DNA from: Myxococcota bacterium
GTDB lineage: Bacteria > Myxococcota_A > UBA796 > SXON01
Assembly (NCBI GenBank): GCA_040386535.1
Contig: JAZKFH010000024.1
Coordinates: forward strand, 32,001 to 96,000
DNA: 64,000 nt
Direction: 5' to 3'
The notes under the pieces are model-generated. The model was not told where the DNA came from. It worked only from the letters and a program-made list of their open reading frames with translations, and ran no database searches. Position numbers and translations under genes: made by a program. The first letter of the stretch is position 1, and the number at the start of each line of letters is the position of its first letter. Positions 37,277-49,844 of this stretch are shown here, one piece after another.

Positions 37277-37512
37277 CAGCTCTCGTCCTCGTCCTGCGCA
37301 CCCTCCTCGGAGTACACGACGCGCCGGTGGCGGTCGTGACCGACCATCTGGATGGTCGACTGCTCGACGTTCTCCGAGCAGTCCTCGAGGCTCTCGACGT
37401 ACGCCGTCAGCTCCTTGAGGTAGGTCTGCTCTCCGGCCGGCTTCTCGCGATCTTCCGCGAGAAAGCGGTCGATCTGGCGGACGTCGAACTTCGCTTCGTT
37501 GATCTTGGACAT
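37276..37512 (-). CDS. Small acidic hypothetical protein
   Basis: 78 aa, GC3-biased, AGGA RBS; its stop overlaps the hutU ATG. Confidence 0.7.
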   Translation of the reverse strand: MSKINEAKFDVRQIDRFLAEDREKPAGEQTYLKELTAYVESLEDCSENVEQSTIQMVGHDRHRRVVYSEEGAQDEDES

Positions 37513-37530
37513 GGGGGATCCTGGGTGAGG

Positions 37531-37833
37531 CTACGCCTCGGGCGGGAGATCATCGGCGGCGGGGGGGAGCAGATCGTCGACCGAGGGGGGAAGGTCGTTC
37601 GGGCGGAGCTGCTTCTGCACGTTCTCGTTGTCGTCGAAGCCGGTCATGTCCGCTTGGACGTGGCCCACGGCGATCTCGCGCAACGCGGTGACGATCTCCT
37701 TGTTGCTGCGGTCATCGTCGAGGAGCGTGCGCGACCCCTTCATGAGCTGCTTGGTGCGCTCCGCGGTGACGAGCACGAGGGTGAAACGATTCGGGACCTG
37801 CTCCAAGCAGTCCTCGACGGTGATGCGCGCCAT
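37531..37833 (-). CDS. rpoZ: RNA polymerase omega subunit
   Basis: [20 protein letters not shown]...[12 protein letters not shown]. Confidence 0.95.
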   Translation of the reverse strand: MARITVEDCLEQVPNRFTLVLVTAERTKQLMKGSRTLLDDDRSNKEIVTALREIAVGHVQADMTGFDDNENVQKQLRPNDLPPSVDDLLPPAADDLPPEA

Positions 37834-37867
37834 GCGGTACCTCTCTGGGACCCTGCCGGCTATCGCT

Positions 37868-38476
37868 TCATGCCGCCCGGCGCAACATGTCCATGCGGGC
37901 GTGCCCGGTCCGTCGATAGAACCCGCGCAGCTCCGCCAGCAGCGCGCTCACGTCCCGGTGCCGCTCCAGCCGCTCGCAGTAGCGGTCGGCGAGCCTTCCC
38001 GCCTCGCGATACCGGTCCCGCTCGTCGCCGTCGAGCCCCTCGGCGAGCGTCGCGTCGTGGAACAGGCGCCGCCGGAGCGCGGGGTCGGGCCCCACGTGCA
38101 GCCGCGCCGTCACGTACTTGTCGACCTCGGCCTGGGTCTCGAGCTCGAGCAGCGACACGGTCTCCTCGCGGGCCGCGCGGCGCACCAGCAGCAGGAAGTG
38201 GCTCACGCCCTCCGTCACGGTGCACCACGCCGGGAGCGCGTCGCGTACGGCCTCGGCGGGCGTCCGGGCGTCCACCGCGCTGATGTCGTCGGCGTGCAGG
38301 TATACGCCGATGTCCACATCCTCGTCCGCCTGCCGCACCAGCACCCACTCCCGCGCCGGGCGCGCGGTGGCGCCGAGCAGCTGGTGCACGTCCGCGGCGT
38401 CCACGAGGTAGTCGCGGATGTCGGGCGCCTCGATGTCGTAGATGGCCTGGAGGTGACGCTGGATGAGCGCGATCAT
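37868..38476 (-). CDS. Conserved-looking hypothetical protein (EGVSHF, LLELETQAEVDKY)
   Basis: Start reassigned to MIALIQRHL, coupled by ATGA to the upstream gene. Confidence 0.7.
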   Translation of the reverse strand: MIALIQRHLQAIYDIEAPDIRDYLVDAADVHQLLGATARPAREWVLVRQADEDVDIGVYLHADDISAVDARTPAEAVRDALPAWCTVTEGVSHFLLLVRRAAREETVSLLELETQAEVDKYVTARLHVGPDPALRRRLFHDATLAEGLDGDERDRYREAGRLADRYCERLERHRDVSALLAELRGFYRRTGHARMDMLRRAA

Positions 38477-39072
38477 CCCGAGCCGACCGTGCGCGTCGGC
38501 ACGAGTCCCAGCTGGCGCAACCGCTCCGCGACGCGCGGCGATCCGCTCGCGAGCCACTCCTCGTAGAGGCGCACGATGTCGGTGTCCGAGCGCTCGCGCG
38601 TCTCGTCTCGCACCTCCGCGATGACCTCCACGCACGCGGGGTACCGCTCGGCCAGCTCGGCGAAAATCTCCGCGAAGCCTCCGTTCCGGGTGTCGAGCAG
38701 GCGCTCGAGGGAGCGGTACGCGGTCTCGCCCATCCGCGCGCAGTAGTCGCGCGAGATCTTGCGGCGTTCGAGGTGCTCGCGGAAGAACCCCGTGAGCAGG
38801 AGCGAGCGGTCCCCGAGCTTCCGCCAGAGGGAGACCGCCTCGGGGGGCGCCGCCATCACCGCGCGGTGCCGCAGCTCCACGAGGGTCGGGTCCCCGTCGT
38901 CATTGCCCTCGTCCTCGCGACGCGCCTGTTCGGCGAGCAGGCTCGACAGGTAGTAGACCGCGTTCTCGCTCACCGGCGCCCGTTGATGGTGCACCGCGCT
39001 CTCCACGCGCTCGTGAAAGAAGTCGAAGAGGTTTCCTTCCGTGACCAGGGCTGCCGCCTCCGTCCTGCTCAT
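38473..39072 (-). CDS. Conserved-looking helical hypothetical protein (LGDRSLLLTGFF, LYEEW)
   Basis: GGAGG RBS; clean frame, 199 aa. Confidence 0.75.
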   Translation of the reverse strand: MSRTEAAALVTEGNLFDFFHERVESAVHHQRAPVSENAVYYLSSLLAEQARREDEGNDDGDPTLVELRHRAVMAAPPEAVSLWRKLGDRSLLLTGFFREHLERRKISRDYCARMGETAYRSLERLLDTRNGGFAEIFAELAERYPACVEVIAEVRDETRERSDTDIVRLYEEWLASGSPRVAERLRQLGLVPTRTVGSG

Positions 39073-39162
39073 GACGCCTCCAGATCGTGGTGAAAAACGC
39101 CCGTCCGGGGGGCGGCCACGGGTGCCGCCCGCATCCGAGAAAAAATCTTCGCGCCTCGCGTC

Positions 39163-39191
39163 TTGACCGCGACCGGGGCCGTGCCTACCTG
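39163..39191 (+). promoter_or_regulatory. Putative promoter of groES-groEL
   Basis: TTGACC-N17-TACCTG preceded by an A-tract (GAAAAAATC). Confidence 0.45.
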
Positions 39192-39318
39192 ACGGGCGCC
39201 CCGGATTGGGTTCGCCGTGAACCCGGTCAGCAAACCAACCTCCATCCCCCCGCGGGGTTCTCCTCTGGATGAACCCCCGATGACCTCGCGATCCTCCGGA
39301 CGCGAGCTCGGAGTGAAG

Positions 39319-41312
<1,994 letters not shown>

Positions 41313-41370
41313 CTAGTCCAGTCCGCGATCTGGCGGGCACTCCTCCGGGGGGGCCTCCCTGATCGATGGA

Positions 41371-41413
41371 GGCCCTCGCACCGCTTCGGCGGGGCGGGGG
41401 TCGTCTCTTTTTT
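41371..41413 (+). terminator. Rho-independent terminator after groEL
   Basis: GGCCCTCGCACCGC-TTCG-GCGGGGCGGGGGTC stem-loop followed by TCTCTTTTTT. Confidence 0.8.
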
Positions 41414-41467
41414 GGCCGTCCCGTTTCTGCGAGGGGCGCGGTTTCTATGAGGGCGGCAAGACGCGCG

Positions 41468-42016
41468 TCAGGGAGAAGGGCTGGCGGTCGCGATCTTCTG
41501 CGGGAAGTAGTACCGGGCCCCGATCGCCGCGTCGAAGGTGCCGATCGTCGCCGGGTACAGGCCGATGCCGGGCGCCAGCTCGACGAAGGCCTCGAGGGGC
41601 ACGCCGTCGTGGATGAACGACATGCCGATGGGCACCCGGATGCCGATCCCCACGCTCTCCTGGGTGCTCAGCGTGTAGGGGGAGTCGCCGACGCGGATGC
41701 GCGGACCGAGCCCGAGGTACACGGGGAAGTGCACGTCCTCGATCTCGTCGGTGCGCAGGTCGGCGAGGCGCAACAACACGTCGGCGTGCATGTGCAGGGT
41801 GCCCTGGTCGAAGCTCCAGGCCAGCGCGCCGTCGTAATAGACGCCGCCCTTGGCGGGCCGCCAGGCGGCAGAGAACCCCGTGGGCAGGCCGAGGAGGATC
41901 CCGAGCCCGAAGCCCCCGACGTCCCGGTTCAACGTAGGCTCCGTCGGCGGGGGCATCTTGAACGAGGGCGTGCCCTCCTGCGCCCAAACGAGGCCCACCA
42001 GCATCATCCCGAGCAC
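41468..42016 (-). CDS. Small outer-membrane beta-barrel protein (DUF3996-like)
   Basis: Signal peptide; FGLGILLGLPTGFS, IGIRVPIG, EAFVELAPG, IGARYYF. Confidence 0.7.
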   Translation of the reverse strand: MLGMMLVGLVWAQEGTPSFKMPPPTEPTLNRDVGGFGLGILLGLPTGFSAAWRPAKGGVYYDGALAWSFDQGTLHMHADVLLRLADLRTDEIEDVHFPVYLGLGPRIRVGDSPYTLSTQESVGIGIRVPIGMSFIHDGVPLEAFVELAPGIGLYPATIGTFDAAIGARYYFPQKIATASPSP

Positions 42017-42019
42017 GCC

Positions 42020-42639
42020 CTACTCCAGCGGTCGCTCCAGCGCGTCGAGCACGGCCCCGTCCTGGTACACCACGACGAGACGGCGCACGATCGGCCCCAG
42101 CTCCGCATCGGCGAGGTAGCCGCGCCAGCGCCGATCGCCCACAACGCTGCGAAAGGAAAAGCCGTGCCGGAGCGCATCGAGCAGATGCGACTCGAACGCG
42201 GGCGCGTCCCGGCGACGCCCCGCCACGTCCGCGAGCCGGAAGTGGCCCGCCCACTGGTCGGGCGCGAGCCGCACGACCTCGCGGAAGTCGGCCTCCGCGC
42301 CGTCGAGCTCCTCGGCGGAGAGCAGCACCTCGCCGCGATCGTAGCGGGCCGCCACCAACGTGGGGTCGAGGGCCACCGCGCGATCCAGCCAGCGGCGGGC
42401 GTCCTTCGACTCTCCCGCGAGGCGGCTCGCCAGCCCGAGCTCGTAGGCGAGGCGCGCGTCCGCACCGATCTGACGCTCCCACTTCTTCGCGAAGTCGGTG
42501 GCCGGACCGAGGCCCTCCTGCCGCGCCAGCCGCGACACCTCGTCGGCCGCGGCGGCCATCAGCGTGTCGCGGTAGTCGGGCGGCGGGATCTCCGCGCGCG
42601 CAGCAGGGAGCCCGAGCGCGAGGAGCAGCACGGACACGA

Positions 42640-42643
<4 letters not shown>
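42020..42643 (-). CDS. Exported TPR protein
   Basis: Start reassigned to MIVSVLLLAL; TPR motifs AVALDP, ARYDRG, VVRLAP. Confidence 0.8.
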
Positions 42644-45666
<3,023 letters not shown>

Positions 45667-45741
45667 CAGGACCTCCGCGTGACACTACGATGGCCGACGT
45701 ATCATCGCCCCGCCGGGTCACCTTTGTCGCCACACCAAGCC

Positions 45742-47301
45742 TTGACAGCCCTGATCGCCGCGGTTGTGCTCCCGCTTACGCTCGCGGGGTGCACCGGTGC
45801 GCCGCCCGTTCCCGAGCTCCCTCCCCTCCCCCCGAAGGTGGCCGCGGCGGACCTTGGGGTCCGCGGCGAGGCGCGTCCGCTCCGGGAGCTGATCGTGGCG
45901 TTCACCGGGGAGGTACGCGGCGAGATCGAGCCGTGCGGCTGCCCCACCGTGCCGTACGGCGGGTTCGCGCGGCGCGCGGCGCTCCTCGACCAGCTCCGCG
46001 CCGAGGGGCTCCCGGTGGTGGTTCTGGACGCCGGCGAGATGCTCGTCCGCGGCCAGGTGGCTACCGACCCCGGCGACCGCCCGGAGCGCGCGCGCGCCGT
46101 GCTCGACCTGGCGCGCACCGTAGGGCTCGACGCGTGGGCGCCGAGCCCTGTGGACCTGCTCGCGGGCGGCCTCGGCGTGTTGGCCGGCACCGACGCGCTC
46201 GCGACGACGTGGCGGGACCCCTCGGGCGCGCCGCTGTTTCCGACGGCGACGGTGATCGAGCGGGACGGGCTGCGCATCGGCGTCGTGGGCGTGAACGCCC
46301 CCGCGAAGGGGCTGGTGGCCGCCGATCCGGTGGAGGCCGTCCGCGCCGCCATGGCGGACATCGTCTCCGCGGGGACCGGCCCGATCGACACGTGGGTGGC
46401 CCTCTCCAACGCGTCGGCCGCCGACACCCGTCGCGTCGCGGAGGAGGTGGCCGGGCTCGGCGCCGTGCTCTCGACGCGGAACGGCGAGCAGGACGCGCCG
46501 CTCGCCACGTCCGGGGCCCCCATCCTCGAGAGCCCCGACCGCGGCCGGTACGTGAGCGTGCTGCGGATCGCGCTCGCCTCGGACGGCGCGGCCTGGACCG
46601 TGGTGGACGGCGGCACCGCGGGCGAGCTCGCCCAGGAGCGCGCGCGGGTCACGCGCCTCGTGGGCGCCGGGCACGACGACGCTCCGACCATGGACGCCGG
46701 GCGGGCGAAGATCGCGAGCATCCGCGCGCGGCTCGAAGCCGAGGGCGCGGGGCACGACCTGGTGCTCGTGGAGGACCGGCCCCTCGGGAGCGATCTGGAC
46801 GGCCCGAGCGTGCTGGACCCCCGCATCGAGACCTTCAAGGCCCGCTCGACCGCGGCGGCGCAGGTGCGCGCGGCGTCGGCGCCGAAGGTGGCGGGCTACG
46901 CCACGGCGGCGGCGTGCACGAGCTGCCATCGCGAGCGCTTCAACACCTGGGCCTTCGATCCCCACGCCCGCGCCTACGAGGCGCTGTTGCCGCGCAAGGA
47001 AGAGCTGAACCCGGAGTGTGTCGCGTGCCACACCACCGGCTGGGGCCAGCCCGGCGGGAACGCGACCCTCACGGCCGTCGCGATGCGCACGTGGAAGGGC
47101 GTGCAGTGCGAGGACTGCCACGGCCCCTCGGCAGGCCACCCGCAGCGCGCCGAGGTGGTTCCCCGCAAGGTGACGGAGGCCACGTGCCTGGCCTGCCACG
47201 ACGCGGCCAACAGCCCGCAGTTCGACTTCGAGACCTACCGCAAGCGCATCAGCTGCACGATGGTCTCGCAGCTCGAGGCCGAGGCCGCGGCGCCGAAGTA
47301 G
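45742..47301 (+). CDS. Lipoprotein: UshA/5'-nucleotidase-like N-domain fused to a tetraheme cytochrome c (c554-like)
   Basis: Lipobox LAGC; GEIEPCGC, GGFARRA, LDAGE; heme motifs CTSCH, CVACH, CEDCH, CLACH; start uncertain. Confidence 0.82.
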   Translation: MTALIAAVVLPLTLAGCTGAPPVPELPPLPPKVAAADLGVRGEARPLRELIVAFTGEVRGEIEPCGCPTVPYGGFARRAALLDQLRAEGLPVVVLDAGEMLVRGQVATDPGDRPERARAVLDLARTVGLDAWAPSPVDLLAGGLGVLAGTDALATTWRDPSGAPLFPTATVIERDGLRIGVVGVNAPAKGLVAADPVEAVRAAMADIVSAGTGPIDTWVALSNASAADTRRVAEEVAGLGAVLSTRNGEQDAPLATSGAPILESPDRGRYVSVLRIALASDGAAWTVVDGGTAGELAQERARVTRLVGAGHDDAPTMDAGRAKIASIRARLEAEGAGHDLVLVEDRPLGSDLDGPSVLDPRIETFKARSTAAAQVRAASAPKVAGYATAAACTSCHRERFNTWAFDPHARAYEALLPRKEELNPECVACHTTGWGQPGGNATLTAVAMRTWKGVQCEDCHGPSAGHPQRAEVVPRKVTEATCLACHDAANSPQFDFETYRKRISCTMVSQLEAEAAAPK

Positions 47302-47320
47302 GGCGCGGAGCCCCGGGCGC

Positions 47321-49345
47321 TCACCAGGTCGCGAGGAACTTGTCGACCTCTTCTCGCTCGAGCAGGCCCATCGAAAGATCGAGGCAGTCGGCGCAGATGT
47401 CGATGCCGGCGTGGCGGTAGACGCCGCGGGACTCGAAGTGGGTGCGACCGCAGAGGTGGCACGCGGCGTCGTCCGGGGCGAGCCAGGCGCGGCGGTTCCG
47501 CACGATCTCGGCCGTGCACACGTCACAGACGACGGCGCGGGTGCCCGACATCAGGTGTGTACACTCCTTGCCCGTGCGGCCGCACGACGAGCAGTGCACG
47601 TCGTGGTGCTCGCCGGAGCCACTCCGCGTGTCCACCGGGCGCGGCTCGGTGCGCTGGCTCGGCGGCGTGACGTGGGCGAGCAGCCGCTCGACCGTGGGCC
47701 CGGCGCCGCGCTCCTGGGCGCGACGGATGAGCACCTTCGCGGCGTCCGCGTCGCCACACATGACCTGCCCGGCGAGCACGGCCACCTGCAGCTCCGCGTC
47801 GGCGTTCTGCCCCCACGAGGTGAGGAGCTGGCGGGCCGAGCGGCTGCGCCGGGACGCGATCGCCAGGAGCAGGAGCGCCTGGTAGCCGCGGGCGACCTCC
47901 CGCTCGGCCTCGACGTTGCGCCGGTGGGCCACGAGGTCAGAGGCGCCGCCACGACGGTCGACCGCCGCGCGCGTGATGTCCTCGACCGTGACGTTCAGGC
48001 CGGCGGTGAGCGTGGGCTCGGGGAGCACGGAGGCGGCCGCGAGCACGCTGCGCGCGAGGGCCGCGGAGTAGGAGCGGCCGGGTTCGCGGAGGCGCGCTGC
48101 TACGTCGTCCGCGACGTGCCCCTGGGTGAGGCCACACGCGGCCTCCCAGAGGGTGAAGCGCAGGCCTTCGTCGTCGGTCAGATCGATGGCGTCGAGCACC
48201 GCGGGCACGGACGAGGGGCCGACGGCCCGCAGCTCGTCGAGCAGGACGGAGATGCGACGGCGGGTGAGCGCCCGGGGCGCGCCGTCTCCCCCGACGATCG
48301 GGAGACGATCGTGGTTGCCGACCTCGACGGAGAGCGCCTTCTGGAGCCAGGCCCCGTCGCCACCGCGGCGGCGCGTGCGCACGAGCTCGACGTAGCTGGC
48401 GAGGTCCTCCGGGTGGTCCTCCAACGTCTCCTTGAAGACGCGGAGGGCCTCGGCGGTCTGCCCCTCTTCGAGGAGCGTGCACCCGAGCGCGTGGCGGGCC
48501 GGCAGGTGGTCCGGCGCGAGCAGGAGCGCCTTGTTGTTGTACTCGCGCGCCCGGCCGAGCTCGCCGAGCTGCAGATACGCCATTCCCATCTGGGCGAGCG
48601 CGTTCGCGTCGTCCCCGTGGGCCTCGAGGTAGTGGCGGTAGTGCTGGATCGCGTTCTTGTACTTGCCGAGCGCGAACGCCACCTGCCCGAGGTGCTTGCG
48701 GGCGACGGCGGAGTGCTTGGGGTTCTCGCGCAGCCGGACGAACAACTTCTCCGCCTCGGCGTAGCGCCCGGTCTGGAGGCAGCTCACGCCGAGGTCGCGC
48801 ATCAACGGCGCGAGCAGATCCGGGCTCGGATCGAGCTTGAGCGCCATGACGAGGTGGTACTGGCTGCGCTCGACGAGGCGCTGCCCGGCGACCTGGCGCG
48901 AGCGTTCGGCGAGCGTGCGGCCGAGGAGCAGATGGACCTCCCAGGCGTTGGGCGCGCCGCGGCACGCGGTCTCGAGGTGGCGGATCGCGAGGTGCCGATC
49001 CCCGAGGCCCCGGTACATCGCGCCGAGCGCGAGATGCAGATCGGGCCGCTCGGCGTCGAGCCGCACGGCCTCGTCGAGGTAGCGCTGCGCGGCCTCCGGG
49101 CGGTCCATCCCGACCAGCGCGGCGCCGCCGAGCACCATCGCCTCGACCGAGGCGGGATCGTCCTGCAGGGCCTTGCGGGCGTGCTGGAGGGCGATGGAGC
49201 ACTGACTCTCCCCCGCCCCGTGGTACAGCCCGCGGGAAAGGCAGGTCCGCGCGAGCTCGAGCCGGGCCTGGACATCCTCCGGGTGCTCGGCGAGGCGCGC
49301 TTCGAGGCGACCAGCGGACCAGTCGAGTTTTTGATGGGGGTACAT
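47321..49345 (-). CDS. TPR protein with two C-terminal ClpX-type C4 zinc fingers
   Basis: Multiple TPRs; CSSCG...VVCDVC and CHLCG...ICADC. Confidence 0.8.
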   Translation of the reverse strand: MYPHQKLDWSAGRLEARLAEHPEDVQARLELARTCLSRGLYHGAGESQCSIALQHARKALQDDPASVEAMVLGGAALVGMDRPEAAQRYLDEAVRLDAERPDLHLALGAMYRGLGDRHLAIRHLETACRGAPNAWEVHLLLGRTLAERSRQVAGQRLVERSQYHLVMALKLDPSPDLLAPLMRDLGVSCLQTGRYAEAEKLFVRLRENPKHSAVARKHLGQVAFALGKYKNAIQHYRHYLEAHGDDANALAQMGMAYLQLGELGRAREYNNKALLLAPDHLPARHALGCTLLEEGQTAEALRVFKETLEDHPEDLASYVELVRTRRRGGDGAWLQKALSVEVGNHDRLPIVGGDGAPRALTRRRISVLLDELRAVGPSSVPAVLDAIDLTDDEGLRFTLWEAACGLTQGHVADDVAARLREPGRSYSAALARSVLAAASVLPEPTLTAGLNVTVEDITRAAVDRRGGASDLVAHRRNVEAEREVARGYQALLLLAIASRRSRSARQLLTSWGQNADAELQVAVLAGQVMCGDADAAKVLIRRAQERGAGPTVERLLAHVTPPSQRTEPRPVDTRSGSGEHHDVHCSSCGRTGKECTHLMSGTRAVVCDVCTAEIVRNRRAWLAPDDAACHLCGRTHFESRGVYRHAGIDICADCLDLSMGLLEREEVDKFLATW

Positions 49346-49427
49346 GGCGCCTGGTGGATTCTGGGCGTGCGATGGAACGTGCAGGGGCGTATGCTATCGC
49401 ACCCAGCCCATCCCCGGGGAGGAAGCC

Positions 49428-49649
49428 GTGCCCACCGCGCCCACGTCGTCGCCGCGCCGCGGTCATAACCCCCCACGGGCCTCGGGCCGCCGCGGCCAGG
49501 CCACCACCGAGTGGCTCCTCCTCATCTCCGTAATCGTCATCGCCATCGTAGCGGCCGGCGCCGGCCTCGCCGCCACCTTCGGCGACGACATGGAGAGCCT
49601 GGGCGAGCGCTCGGGCACGGTGTACGCGTCGGGAGACCTGGCGCGGTAG
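49428..49649 (+). CDS. Flp/Tad-type pilin-like protein
   Basis: GGAGG + GTG; RRGQATTEWLLLISVIVIAIVAAG class III signal (G, E+5, hydrophobic helix). Confidence 0.65.
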   Translation: MPTAPTSSPRRGHNPPRASGRRGQATTEWLLLISVIVIAIVAAGAGLAATFGDDMESLGERSGTVYASGDLAR

Positions 49650-49682
49650 CGCCCCGCCCGCTCCCCGCCTTCCTCCCCTCCT

Positions 49683-49843
49683 GGGACGCGCCTGACATGA
49701 GGGCGGGGCCAGGCCGCAGACGACCCGGCGTGCGGCCGGGGTGCGCCCAGGGGCCCCTCTGGGGAAGGGGCGTGGGCCCCCGGACGCGGTTCTCGCCGGG
49801 TCGTCTGCCGCCTGGACCCGACGCACAGGGTTAGGCGCGTCCC
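49683..49843. other. 161-nt rod-like inverted-repeat structure (candidate structured RNA or MITE)
   Basis: Nested stems GGGACGCGCCTGAC/GTTAGGCGCGTCCC, GCAGACGACCCGGCG/CGCCGGGTCGTCTGC, CCGGGG/CCCCGG, GCCCCT/AGGGGC. Confidence 0.75.
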
Positions 49844-49844
49844 G

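Noticed and set aside
39073..39318. CIRCE/HrcA operator upstream of groES
   Set aside because: No match to TTAGCACTC-N9-GAGTGCTAA seen.
49683..49843. Firm call as 6S RNA or SRP RNA
   Set aside because: No SRP domain IV motif is recognisable and the usual zapA/ygfA context of 6S is absent; kept only as an unassigned structure.
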